Assembly (NCBI GenBank): GCA_963808235.1
Contig: CAWEEQ010000001.1
Coordinates: 192,001 to 256,000, forward strand
Length of the DNA: 64,000 nucleotides
Direction: 5' to 3'
Source of the DNA: an uncultured delta proteobacterium
GTDB taxonomy: Bacteria; Desulfobacterota; Binatia; Binatales; Binataceae
Shown: in pieces, positions 49,908 through 59,140 of the stretch
Layout: each line of letters starts with the position of its first letter
Position numbering within the stretch: position 1 is the stretch's first letter
Made by a program: the position numbers and the translations under genes
Notes under the pieces: model-generated
What the model was told of the DNA's origin: nothing
Seen by the model: only the letters and a program-made list of their open reading frames with translations
Databases searched by the model: none

Positions 49908-51434
49908 ATGTTCAAGCGTGTGCTTATCGCCAACCGCGGAGAGATCGCGGTGCGGATTATCCGCGCCTGCCGCGAGTTGGGAATCGAATCGGTCGCCGTG
50001 TATTCGGAGGCCGATCGCGCGGCGCTGCACGTGCGCGAGGCCGATCATGCTTGCCTGGTTGGTCCGGCGCCGGCCGCTGAGAGTTATCTCAACACCGAGA
50101 AAATTCTCGAGGCTGCGAAACGCACCCAGGCCGACGCGGTTCATCCGGGTTACGGATTTTTCTCGGAGCGCGCAGCGTTTGCGCGCTCGGTGCAAAATGC
50201 CGGCCTCACCTGGATTGGGCCGCCGCCTGAAGCGATCGAGCGGATGGGCGATAAGGTCGAGGCGCGCAAGATCATGTCGGCGGCCGGAGTTCCGGTCGTT
50301 CCGGGCTCGCCGGGTACGCTGGAGACGGAGGCGGAAGTAGCGGCGATCGCGAAAAAGATCGGATATCCGATCATGGTCAAGGCCGCGGCGGGCGGAGGCG
50401 GCAAGGGGCTGCGCTTCGTCGAGAGCGGCAAGGATCTCGCGTCGATCGTGCGGATGGTTTCGAGCGAGGCGAAGGCGTCATTCGGCGACGGCCGCTTTTA
50501 TGTCGAGAAATTTCTGAAGCAACCGCGTCATATAGAAGTGCAGGTGCTGGCCGATTCGCATGGCAACACGGTGCACGTCTTTGAGCGCGAGTGCTCGATA
50601 CAGCGGCGGCATCAGAAGGTTGTCGAGGAGTCGCCGTCGCCGTTTATCACCGCAAAGATGCGCGCCGAGATGGGAGAAGTCGCGGTGCGGGCGGCGAAGG
50701 CGGTCAACTATGTCAGCGCGGGAACGATCGAGTTCCTGGTCGATGCGGAGCGCAACTTTTATTTCCTCGAGATGAATACGCGAATTCAGGTCGAGCATCC
50801 GGTAACAGAATTGGTTACAGGCATAGACCTGGTACGCACGCAAATCGAAATTGCGGCGGGGGCGAAACTGCCGTTCAAGCAGAAAGACCTCGCGCAGCGC
50901 GGATGGGCGATCGAATGTCGCATCTACGCGGAGGATCCGTCGGCGGGATTCGTGCCGGCGCCGGGAAAAATCGAGACGCTCAGGTTTCCGAGCGGGCCCG
51001 GGATTCGCAATGACGCCGGCGTTTACGAGGGCGCGGAGGTGCCGGTCTTTTACGATCCGATGATCTCGAAGCTGGCGGTCTGGGGCGCCGATCGTGAGCA
51101 GGCGATCGACCGGATGCGGCGCGCGCTCGGTGAGTTCGTAATTTCCGGCGAGCTGCGGACCAACCTGGATTTCCATCGCTGGATAGTGACGCAGCCGAAG
51201 TTTCTCAAGGGTGATTTCGACACGAACTTTATCAATCAGGAATTTCATCCCAATGGTTCCGCAAGTTCCAATGGCGCTGCGCCGCACGGAGCGGAGCTGG
51301 CGGCGATTTTTCTTGCGGCGATCGCGGCGCAGAAAAACACCAATCACGCGGGCGCCGGCGCCGCGCAGCCGCCGGCCTCACCACCAGCGTCGGCATGGCG
51401 GACGCTGGGCCGGCTCGACATGCTGCGGAGATAG
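49908..51434 (+). CDS. Biotin carboxylase subunit of acyl-CoA carboxylase
   Basis: LIANRGEIA, HPGYGF, GGGGKG, ERECSIQRRHQK, EMNTRIQVEH, YDPMISK. Confidence 0.95.
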   Translation: MFKRVLIANRGEIAVRIIRACRELGIESVAVYSEADRAALHVREADHACLVGPAPAAESYLNTEKILEAAKRTQADAVHPGYGFFSERAAFARSVQNAGLTWIGPPPEAIERMGDKVEARKIMSAAGVPVVPGSPGTLETEAEVAAIAKKIGYPIMVKAAAGGGGKGLRFVESGKDLASIVRMVSSEAKASFGDGRFYVEKFLKQPRHIEVQVLADSHGNTVHVFERECSIQRRHQKVVEESPSPFITAKMRAEMGEVAVRAAKAVNYVSAGTIEFLVDAERNFYFLEMNTRIQVEHPVTELVTGIDLVRTQIEIAAGAKLPFKQKDLAQRGWAIECRIYAEDPSAGFVPAPGKIETLRFPSGPGIRNDAGVYEGAEVPVFYDPMISKLAVWGADREQAIDRMRRALGEFVISGELRTNLDFHRWIVTQPKFLKGDFDTNFINQEFHPNGSASSNGAAPHGAELAAIFLAAIAAQKNTNHAGAGAAQPPASPPASAWRTLGRLDMLRR

Positions 51435-51443
51435 CACGCGACC

Positions 51444-51947
51444 ATGCGATACGTTGCAACCCTGGAAGGCGCGGAACATGAAATTGAAGTCGAAGAGCTG
51501 AGCGCCGGCTCGTTCGCGATTCGTTTCGGGGCGGATCGCTTCGAGGCCGATCTGCGCAAGGTGGGTCCGGCGTCGTTTTCGGTGATCGTCGATAACCGCT
51601 CGTTCGATTTCGACGTGGTGCGCGACGGCGAGGAAACCGTGGTCGCATCGCGGACCGGATCGCGCCGGCTGACGCTGGTCGATTCGGCGCGGCGTGCGGC
51701 GCGCGGGACCGCGCGGCGTCGCGAGGTCACCGGCCGAGTGGAGATCAAAGCATCGATGCCTGGCAGGGTCGTGAATGTGCTGGTCGCAGCGGGCGACGAA
51801 GTTAAGGAGGGACAGGGGATCGTCGTGGTCGAAGCGATGAAACTGGAAAATGAACTGAAATCGCCAAAAGCGGGTAAAGTAGTGGAAGTGAAAGTGGTTG
51901 CGGGCCAGACCGTGGAGAAGGGCGAGTTGATGATTGTAATCGATTAG
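51444..51947 (+). CDS. Biotin carboxyl carrier protein
   Basis: MPGRV, EAMKLENEL (biotinyl Lys). Confidence 0.92.
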   Translation: MRYVATLEGAEHEIEVEELSAGSFAIRFGADRFEADLRKVGPASFSVIVDNRSFDFDVVRDGEETVVASRTGSRRLTLVDSARRAARGTARRREVTGRVEIKASMPGRVVNVLVAAGDEVKEGQGIVVVEAMKLENELKSPKAGKVVEVKVVAGQTVEKGELMIVID

Positions 51948-51962
51948 GCGGGGCAACTGACG

Positions 51963-53636
51963 ATGCCGGAAGATGATCGCAAAATCGGGTCCGCCCGAAA
52001 GAACTGGCAGGAACGCAAACTCGATCCCTCGCTGAAGCGCGGACCCGAGCGCAAAAACAAATTCGTAACGACATCCGGGATCGAGATCAATCGCGCCTAC
52101 GATCCGGACGACTTAAGCGGCTTCGACTTTCTGAACGACGTCGGCTTTCCCGGCGAATATCCGTTCACACGCGGCGTGCAGCCGACGATGTATCGCGGCC
52201 GGTTGTGGACGATGCGGCAGTACGCGGGCTTCGGCAGCGCGGAGGAATCGAATCGCCGTTACCGTTACCTGTTCGAGCAGGGGCAGACCGGGCTGTCGGT
52301 TGCGTTCGACTTGCCGACCCAGATGGGGCGCGATTCGGATCATCCGCTGGCCGAGGGTGAAGTCGGACGCGTCGGCGTGCCGATATGCTCGCTTGCGGAC
52401 ATGGAGACGCTGCTTGCCGAGCTTCCGCTGGACAAGATTTCGACTTCGATGACGATCAACGCGACCGCATCTATCCTGCTCGCGCTTTACCTGGTCGCGG
52501 CAGAGCGGCGCGGCGTGACGTGGGACAAAGTTAACGGAACGATCCAGAACAACGTCCTGAAGGAGTACGTGGCGCGCGGGACGTATATCTATCCGCCGCG
52601 CGGCTCGATGCGGATCATCACGGACATTTTCAGCTTCGCGTCGAAAGAAGTGCCGAACTGGAACACGATATCGATCTCCGGCTACCACATCAGGGAGGCC
52701 GGCTCGACTGCGGCGCAAGAGCTGGCGTTTACGATCGCGGACGGAATCGCGTACGTGGACGCGGCGCTCAAGGCGGGTCTCGAGGTGGATGCGTTCGCGA
52801 GCCGGCTGTCGTTCTTCTTCAACGTGCACAATAATTTCTTCGAAGAGATCGCCAAGTTCCGCGCGGCGCGCCGTTTGTGGGCAAAAATAATGAAAGAGCG
52901 ATTCGGCGCGAAAGACGAACGCTCGATGATGATGCGGTTTCATGCGCAGACCGCGGGATCGACGCTGACCGCCCAGCAGGTCGACAACAACGTGGTGCGG
53001 GTGACGATGCAGGCGCTGGCCGCGGTGCTCGGCGGCGCGCAGTCGTTGCATACAAACTCGAAGGACGAGGCGCTCGCGCTGCCAACGGAGTCATCGGTAC
53101 TGCTCGCGTTGCGCACGCAACAGTTGATCGCTAATGAGACCGAGGTGGCGGACACAGTCGATCCGATCGGCGGATCGTACTACGTCGAGAGCCTGACCAC
53201 GGAGTTGGAGAAGAAGGCGCTCGAGTACTTGTCGAAAATCGACGACTTTGGCGGCGCGGTGGCCGCGATCGAACGCGGATACATGCAGCGCGAAATTCAG
53301 AATGCGGCATTTATTTATCAGCGCGAGATTGAAACGAAGCAGCGAATTATCGTAGGGGTCAATCAATTTACCGAAGGCGGGGCGCCGCCGGGCGAAATCC
53401 TGAGGGTGAAGCCGGAACTCGAGGAGAAACAGAAATTGAGCGTGGCGCGAGTGCGTGCGGAGCGCAATGCGGAGGCGGCAAAGAAAGCGCTCGCACGCGT
53501 CGAAGCGGTCGCGAACGACGGGCAGAATCTGATGCCGCCGATAGTCGACGCGATCCGCCAATGGTGCACGCTTGGGGAGATCTCGGATGCGATGCGAAAG
53601 GTGTTCGGCGAGTATAAGCCGATCAACACGTTGTAG
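51963..53636 (+). CDS. Methylmalonyl-CoA mutase-family catalytic (large) subunit, no B12-binding domain
   Basis: [49 protein letters not shown]. Confidence 0.95.
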   Translation: MPEDDRKIGSARKNWQERKLDPSLKRGPERKNKFVTTSGIEINRAYDPDDLSGFDFLNDVGFPGEYPFTRGVQPTMYRGRLWTMRQYAGFGSAEESNRRYRYLFEQGQTGLSVAFDLPTQMGRDSDHPLAEGEVGRVGVPICSLADMETLLAELPLDKISTSMTINATASILLALYLVAAERRGVTWDKVNGTIQNNVLKEYVARGTYIYPPRGSMRIITDIFSFASKEVPNWNTISISGYHIREAGSTAAQELAFTIADGIAYVDAALKAGLEVDAFASRLSFFFNVHNNFFEEIAKFRAARRLWAKIMKERFGAKDERSMMMRFHAQTAGSTLTAQQVDNNVVRVTMQALAAVLGGAQSLHTNSKDEALALPTESSVLLALRTQQLIANETEVADTVDPIGGSYYVESLTTELEKKALEYLSKIDDFGGAVAAIERGYMQREIQNAAFIYQREIETKQRIIVGVNQFTEGGAPPGEILRVKPELEEKQKLSVARVRAERNAEAAKKALARVEAVANDGQNLMPPIVDAIRQWCTLGEISDAMRKVFGEYKPINTL

Positions 53637-53777
53637 CATGGCGCTGGCGGGATCGATTGATATAAAAAAGAGAGAGACGGATCGTCGCGCGGCGCCCGGG
53701 GGCTTGGTAGGCGCCGCATACTTGAAACAGGGCGCTGGACACCGCGGCGATGCCGGGGTCGTTGGAGAAACAAATAA

Positions 53778-54341
53778 ATGGGGCCGGTTCCGAAGGGCGC
53801 TTTCCTGACCAAGGGTGTTGGAAGACATCGCGAGAAACTCACATCGTTCGAATTGGCGCTGCGATCGGCGGGCATCGCAGAGTTCAACCTGGTGCGGGTC
53901 AAATCGATCTTTCCTCCGAACTGCAAACTGCTGAGCCAACAGGAGGGAATGAAGTACCTGTCGGCGGGACAGATCGTATTTGCCGTGATGAGCGACAACG
54001 CGACCAACGAACCGCATCGGTTGATCGCGTCGTCGGTCGGGGTTGCGATTCCTTCCGATCGCGCGCAGTACGGCTATCTTTCGGAGCATCACAGCATGGG
54101 CGAGACCGATCAGAAGGCGGGCGACTATGCGGAGGATCTGGCGGCGATGATGCTCGCGACGATCCTGGGCGTCGATTTCGATCCGAACTTGAGTTACGAC
54201 GAGCGCAAAGATTTGTGGCGGGTGTCGGACAAGATCGTGACGACGCGCAACGTCACGCAGTCGGCGATCGGCGATCGCGACGGGCTGTGGTCGTCGGTGG
54301 TGGCGGCAGCGGTATTCGTCGATTTGCCGAACGGCAAGTAG
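53778..54341 (+). CDS. Pyruvoyl-dependent arginine decarboxylase-family protein
   Basis: FLTKGVG.H...L.SFELALR.AGI..FNLV.V(K)SIFPP, GYLSEHH, AEDLAA.MLA. Confidence 0.88.
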   Translation: MGPVPKGAFLTKGVGRHREKLTSFELALRSAGIAEFNLVRVKSIFPPNCKLLSQQEGMKYLSAGQIVFAVMSDNATNEPHRLIASSVGVAIPSDRAQYGYLSEHHSMGETDQKAGDYAEDLAAMMLATILGVDFDPNLSYDERKDLWRVSDKIVTTRNVTQSAIGDRDGLWSSVVAAAVFVDLPNGK

Positions 54342-54378
54342 TTTGAGCGGCGCGGCGAGCGCGAGTACGCTTAGAATT

Positions 54379-54687
54379 ATGGCAACAGAAATTCTCTACT
54401 GCTCTGCTTGAGGCTACAAGCCGCGCGCGGCCAGTCTGGCCGCATCACTTAATTCGAAATTCGGCGAAAACGCTGAAATCAAGGCGGGCAAGTCGGGCCA
54501 GTTCGACGTGATCGTCGACGGGCGCCTGGTCTTCTCGAAATCCAGCAGCGGGCGATTCCCGGTTGACGGCGAAGTTGAAGAGACGTTCGCGGCGCTCAAG
54601 GAAGGGCGCGAACTTCCGCCGGCCCCGGAGAAAAAGAGCGAAGGCTTCGTCGCTCGCGTGATCGGAAAAATCCGGAACGGAAGCTGA
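54379..54687 (+). CDS. Rdx (SelW/SelT/SelH-like) selenoprotein, 102 aa, CxxU
   Basis: Manual translation MATEILYCSA-U(TGA 54409-54411)-GYKPRAASLA...GKSGQFDVIVDGRLVFSK...RFP...EV; missed by the ORF track. Confidence 0.88.
54427..54443 (+). other. Bacterial SECIS element
   Basis: GCGGCC-AGTCT-GGCCGC hairpin; the loop begins 21 nt after the UGA and has G at its second position. Confidence 0.75.
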
Positions 54688-54712
54688 GATCGCGCTGAGC
54701 TGAATGCGCGCG

Positions 54713-54763
54713 CCCTCACCCGACGCTCAAGGATGAGCGTCGGCCTCTCCCGAAGGGAGAGGC
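54713..54763 (+). repeat. Dispersed palindromic repeat, copy 2
   Basis: CCCTCACCCGACGCTC-aaggat-GAGCGTCGGCCTCTCCC-gaa-GGGAGAGGC, between convergent genes. Confidence 0.8.
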
Positions 54764-54773
54764 GCTAAAGCTA

Positions 54774-55865
54774 CTAGGGGTGCACGTCGAGGAATTCCTT
54801 GAAGCCGCTCGATTGATGCGGGCCGAAGATAGCCATCTCTAAAATTCCCATCCCTTCGCGGGAGCCGAGCTTCGCTTTGCATACGGCCTGGATGTGCTGG
54901 TAGAGCAGCTCGCGCTCGTTGACGCCCGCCGTCTTGAAGGATTCGTAGGTCGCGACGTCGGGGCCGACGTACATTCCGTGGCCCCATTTCGGATGCATGT
55001 AGCCGATACCCTGCATATAAAAGTTGTAAAGAGTCTTCAGTTCGACGCGGCTCTCGCCGGCTCCTGGACTCTGCAAGATGATTTCGGCACTTTTTGCGTG
55101 GCGCGTTCCTGGAGCGTAATCGACCTTCCATTTCACGGTGCTCGATAGATCGAGCGTCGCGCCAGGATCGGCTCGCGTGACTGCGCCGAATTCGTGCCAT
55201 CGCGATCCGTCGGTGTTTTCGTTCACGTCGAAATGTGTGCAGGTGTCCTCGAAATTGGTCGGCGACCAGAGCCAGAAAAATTGTCCCATCGCCGACGACG
55301 GCACACCCGCGGGATCCTGCGGACCGATGCCGCGCACGCCCCAGGAGCGATCGCGCGAGCCCCAGACTCGTGACGGGGTCGCGTCGTAGGTCTTGCCGGC
55401 AACAGTCAAGCTGCCGGTGTAACCGCCGTGCTGGGTGAAGCGGGTCAGGTCCATTGTGAGCCGGGGGCCGGTGCGGCGGGTGAAGCGCGGCTCCTCGAGT
55501 ATGGGCGCGCGCGCCTCGAACAGGAGGTCGGCTTTCACCGCTTCATGGTTGACGCGCACGCGCAACGTTCGCATCGGGCGGACAACCTCGATCGCGATCG
55601 GGCCGACCCTGGTGTCGAGTCGATCCGCGCCGAGCACTCGCGACGCGCGCACGCAATGCTGCACGCCGCCAACGATCACGCTGAATGCGCAGTCGATGAT
55701 CCCGACGTTCGGATAAATCCCCATCGCGGCGGCGAAGTACGGCTCGCCCTCGCGGAAATAGCCGTTGAAAAAAAATCGATCGTAAAAATTGCGGTCGCTG
55801 GTGAAGACCTGCTGAACCGGCTCGGGGGTTTGATGAATAGGATAGTCGTCGCCCTGCGTAATCAT
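54774..55865 (-). CDS. Conserved hypothetical beta-rich protein (possibly AttH/tocopherol-cyclase-like fold)
   Basis: DDYPIHQTPEP, RNFYDR.FFN, G.YPN, GSRDRSWG.R, GIGY.HP.WGHG; ATGA coupling to hemQ. Confidence 0.7.
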   Translation of the reverse strand: MITQGDDYPIHQTPEPVQQVFTSDRNFYDRFFFNGYFREGEPYFAAAMGIYPNVGIIDCAFSVIVGGVQHCVRASRVLGADRLDTRVGPIAIEVVRPMRTLRVRVNHEAVKADLLFEARAPILEEPRFTRRTGPRLTMDLTRFTQHGGYTGSLTVAGKTYDATPSRVWGSRDRSWGVRGIGPQDPAGVPSSAMGQFFWLWSPTNFEDTCTHFDVNENTDGSRWHEFGAVTRADPGATLDLSSTVKWKVDYAPGTRHAKSAEIILQSPGAGESRVELKTLYNFYMQGIGYMHPKWGHGMYVGPDVATYESFKTAGVNERELLYQHIQAVCKAKLGSREGMGILEMAIFGPHQSSGFKEFLDVHP

Positions 55866-56722
55866 TTTGAATCTCCCTGAAACATTTTGCCCAGTTCGCC
55901 GGCCGCGAGACGGATCCCGACGTAGAACCGGCCGAATTTCGCGTACGACGCGCTGGCTTCGTCGAAACGCATTTCGTAAACGAGTTTTTTGAAGACGAGC
56001 GGATCGTCGGCGAACAAGTCGACGCCCCATTCCCAGTCGTCGAAGCCGATCGAGCCCGAAATAATCTGGGTCACTTCGCCGGCGAAACGGCGCCCGACCA
56101 TCCCGTGATCGTGCATCAGGCGCTGCCGCTGATCGATCGGCAGACGATACCAGTTGTCCGCGCCGTCGCGTTTCTTGTCCATCGGGTAGAAACAGAGGTA
56201 GGTGCGCTCGGGAATTTTCGGAAACAGGCGCGGCGAAATCTTTTCGCGCTGCCGCGCGACTTCGGTGTCGATTTCAGTTTTCCATTCGGGCGATCGAGGG
56301 CCAATTCCTTTTTCGACCAGCCGGCGATAGAGCGCGACGGTGGCTTCGTACAAACCGATTTCGATCACGGACAGGTATGAGGTGGTCGGCTCGAGATAGT
56401 CGCTGAGCGCGAGTTCGGCGACGGCGAGTTCGGCTTGCCCAAGCTCGTCGAAACTTTTGCGGAAGTGGACGATCATCAGATCGCCCTTGTGGCCGAGGGC
56501 GGAGAAGAGCGCGCTCTCACCGTCCTCGCGACGAGACATCGCGTCGAACAGGCGCGATGCGTCGTCGACGAGCACTTTGCGCCGGGCTGCGTCGAGCTCG
56601 CGCCAATCTCGTCGACGGACGCGAAACATCTGATGCAAAATGCTGTAGCCCTCGAGCGTGAGAGGCGCGGCGGGAAAATCGCCGGGAATTTTCGGTTCGT
56701 TCGAGCTTCGGGCGTTGCTCAT
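55862..56722 (-). CDS. hemQ: Coproheme decarboxylase / chlorite-dismutase-family protein
   Basis: TLEGY..LH, GHKGD, CFYPMDKKR, NWY.LP, HGMVGR, GFDDWEWGV, KKLVYEMRFDEAS. Confidence 0.85.
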   Translation of the reverse strand: MSNARSSNEPKIPGDFPAAPLTLEGYSILHQMFRVRRRDWRELDAARRKVLVDDASRLFDAMSRREDGESALFSALGHKGDLMIVHFRKSFDELGQAELAVAELALSDYLEPTTSYLSVIEIGLYEATVALYRRLVEKGIGPRSPEWKTEIDTEVARQREKISPRLFPKIPERTYLCFYPMDKKRDGADNWYRLPIDQRQRLMHDHGMVGRRFAGEVTQIISGSIGFDDWEWGVDLFADDPLVFKKLVYEMRFDEASASYAKFGRFYVGIRLAAGELGKMFQGDSK

Positions 56723-56739
56723 GGCGGCAATTCTAGACG

Positions 56740-58137
56740 CTAAGTCGCCGGATGTCTTGATGCGCGCGAGCTGGCGCATGAACGGACGAGAGCTTCCGCG
56801 ACGCCGGGATTCGAGGCCCAGTGCGCGTGAACGTACGACGCGAGCAGGTTTCCGACACGATAACCCTCGGCGAATGGCGCGCCGCCCCATCGTGGTTTAA
56901 CGTCATAGACGCGGTCGACTCGATCTTCAGCGCGCGCGTTCTCGAGAGTCGAATAGCGAAACTGATGGCCGCGAAAGCGGGTGTGGGCAGGACCGATGAT
57001 CGAGTCGGCGCTGGTCTCGACTTCGACGTAGCCGAGCGCCTGCAGGCGGTCGGACATGACAGCGACGCCGGGGATGAGCGAGCTCATCGGCCACGTGGCG
57101 CCGTCGAGGGTGCGGATTGCTTCGCACAGGTACATCAAGCCGCCGCACTCGGCGTAGATTACGCCGCGTCGCGCTGCGAAGCTGCGAATCGCTTCGAGCA
57201 TCGCGGTGTTCGACGAGAGTTCGCGCGCGACTGCTTCAGGATACCCGCCGCCAAAATAGAGGGCGTCGACGTCGGGCAGTTTGCGATCGCGAGTCGGTGA
57301 GAAGTTGACAAGTTCCGCGCCGAGTGTGCGGAGGCGATTCAAATTGTCCTCGTAGTAAAAGTGAAAAGCGTCGTCGCGCGCGACGCCGATGCGGCAACGC
57401 GGATGCGATGATGACGCGACTTCGGTTGGATCGGATGCGGAGATGTCTGGAGCGGAGCGCGCGATTTTCAAGATCGCGTCGAGGTCCAGCCATTCGGAGC
57501 CGAGCCGAGCCCAGGCGTCGATTAAGCGTTGGGGCACAGTCGATTCGTCCGCCATCAGGAGACCGAGATGGCGTTCGGGAAAGGCGAGTTCGGGATGCAC
57601 GGGAAAACCGCCGACGATGGGGACTTCGGGGTTTGCGGCGCGCAGGAGATCGAGATGGCCACGCGAGCCGACTCGATTACAGATCATGCCGGCGACGCGG
57701 ACCGCGGGATCGAAGCGCGCAAAGCCATGCGCGATCGCCACGACGGTGCGCGCGATTCCCGATGCGTCGGTGACGACGAGGACGGGGGCGTCGAGCCACT
57801 TTGCGATTTCGGCGGTCGAGCCTTCGTCGCCGGTTGGGGTGGCGGAATCAAACAGGCCCATCATCCCTTCGATCACGGCGAGGTCGGCGCCGGCGGAGAC
57901 GCGCGCGAAAGTCGCGAGCACGCTGTCGCGGGTCATCATCCAGCCGTCGAGGTTGTGCGAACGAACGCCCGCCGCGCGTTCGTGATAGGTGGGATCGAGG
58001 TAGTCGGGGCCGCACTTGAAGGCGGCAAGCTTGAGACCTCTCGCGCGCATCGCACCCATCAGGGCAACGGTGTCGGTGGTCTTGCCCGCGCCGCTACCGG
58101 TCGCGGCGACGACGATACGAGGAATTTTGCTCGGCAT
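56740..58137 (-). CDS. cobB: Cobyrinate a,c-diamide synthase
   Basis: SGAGKTT, FKCGPDYLDP, IEGMMGLFD, ERHLGL, AF.FYY, GGGYPE, YAECGG, SYVHAH. Confidence 0.93.
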   Translation of the reverse strand: MPSKIPRIVVAATGSGAGKTTDTVALMGAMRARGLKLAAFKCGPDYLDPTYHERAAGVRSHNLDGWMMTRDSVLATFARVSAGADLAVIEGMMGLFDSATPTGDEGSTAEIAKWLDAPVLVVTDASGIARTVVAIAHGFARFDPAVRVAGMICNRVGSRGHLDLLRAANPEVPIVGGFPVHPELAFPERHLGLLMADESTVPQRLIDAWARLGSEWLDLDAILKIARSAPDISASDPTEVASSSHPRCRIGVARDDAFHFYYEDNLNRLRTLGAELVNFSPTRDRKLPDVDALYFGGGYPEAVARELSSNTAMLEAIRSFAARRGVIYAECGGLMYLCEAIRTLDGATWPMSSLIPGVAVMSDRLQALGYVEVETSADSIIGPAHTRFRGHQFRYSTLENARAEDRVDRVYDVKPRWGGAPFAEGYRVGNLLASYVHAHWASNPGVAEALVRSCASSRASRHPAT

Positions 58138-58148
58138 GATTCAGCTGT

Positions 58149-59120
58149 TCAGCCGTTTACCAGCGGGAGGACTTCATTGACCAAGCGGTCGAACTGGCCG
58201 CGTTGATCCCATGAGGTGATTCGAAGCGCGATCGACTTGGCTCCACTGCTCGCGAGTTCGCGCAAATTCGCGGCGCATTGCGCGGGGGTGCCGGCGGCGG
58301 TGAACGTCTCGACGATCTGCGCTGCGAAGACGGGACCGTAGTACTGATCGAGAAAGCGCTTGGACTCTTCGAGTGCGGCGGCGCGATCCGAATTGATGTT
58401 GATGTTATGGTAACTGATGTTCGGGAACTTGTCGGGATCTTTTCCTTCGTCGCGCAGATAGCCGGAGAGTTTCGACCACAGGCCGGCGAACATCCCGGGG
58501 AAGAGCTGCACGGTCATCCATCCGTCGGCGAGCTTCGCGACCCGGCGCAACGGTTTTTCGGATTGCGCCGGAGTTGGATTCGCGGCGATCCAGATCGGGC
58601 ACGGTTGCTGAACGGGGCGCGGCGTGATCGTGACGCCCGAGAATGACTTGTACTTGCCGGCGAAGCTGACCTCGTCCCCGGTCCATAGGCGGCGGCATAT
58701 TTCGATATTTTCGGCCATCCGATTTCCACGTTGTCCGTCGGTGATGTTCCAGACGCCGCCTTCCTTCGCGCTGACGCCGCCCGCGACGATACCAGTGCAC
58801 GCGGCAAGCCGCATCCGGCCGTTCGAGACGAGGTCGAGCGTCGCCCACTGATGCGCGAAAATGATCGGATCGCGAATCGGAAAGCTCGCCATGCATCCGA
58901 CGCCCAACTTCACGCGCGAAGTCGCGCCGGCGAGCGCGCCGAGCAGCGCAATTGATTCAGGCCGCGGCTTCGCCATCAGGCTGTCGCCGACCCAGAGCGA
59001 ATCGAAAAGCGCGATGCTGTCAACGTCGCGCGCAATCGCGATCATCTCGGGCCAGGTCGCGACACCGAAAAAGATGCCGCGTTGCGGAATCGTGAAACCA
59101 AAACTCACTTTGTCGGGCAT
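58149..59120 (-). CDS. LLM-class flavin/F420-dependent oxidoreductase
   Basis: FDSLWVGDS, WATLDLVSNGR, PIWIA, ADGW. Confidence 0.88.
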   Translation of the reverse strand: MPDKVSFGFTIPQRGIFFGVATWPEMIAIARDVDSIALFDSLWVGDSLMAKPRPESIALLGALAGATSRVKLGVGCMASFPIRDPIIFAHQWATLDLVSNGRMRLAACTGIVAGGVSAKEGGVWNITDGQRGNRMAENIEICRRLWTGDEVSFAGKYKSFSGVTITPRPVQQPCPIWIAANPTPAQSEKPLRRVAKLADGWMTVQLFPGMFAGLWSKLSGYLRDEGKDPDKFPNISYHNININSDRAAALEESKRFLDQYYGPVFAAQIVETFTAAGTPAQCAANLRELASSGAKSIALRITSWDQRGQFDRLVNEVLPLVNG

Positions 59121-59140
59121 CGTCTTCGATCCTCCAGATT

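Noticed and set aside
51830-51850. AMKL instead of AMKM in the biotin carrier
   Set aside because: Tolerated variant; the biotinylated Lys is intact.
58070-58095. GKTTDT instead of GKTTVT in CobB
   Set aside because: Single non-catalytic substitution; all other motifs are intact and the window has error-like indels.
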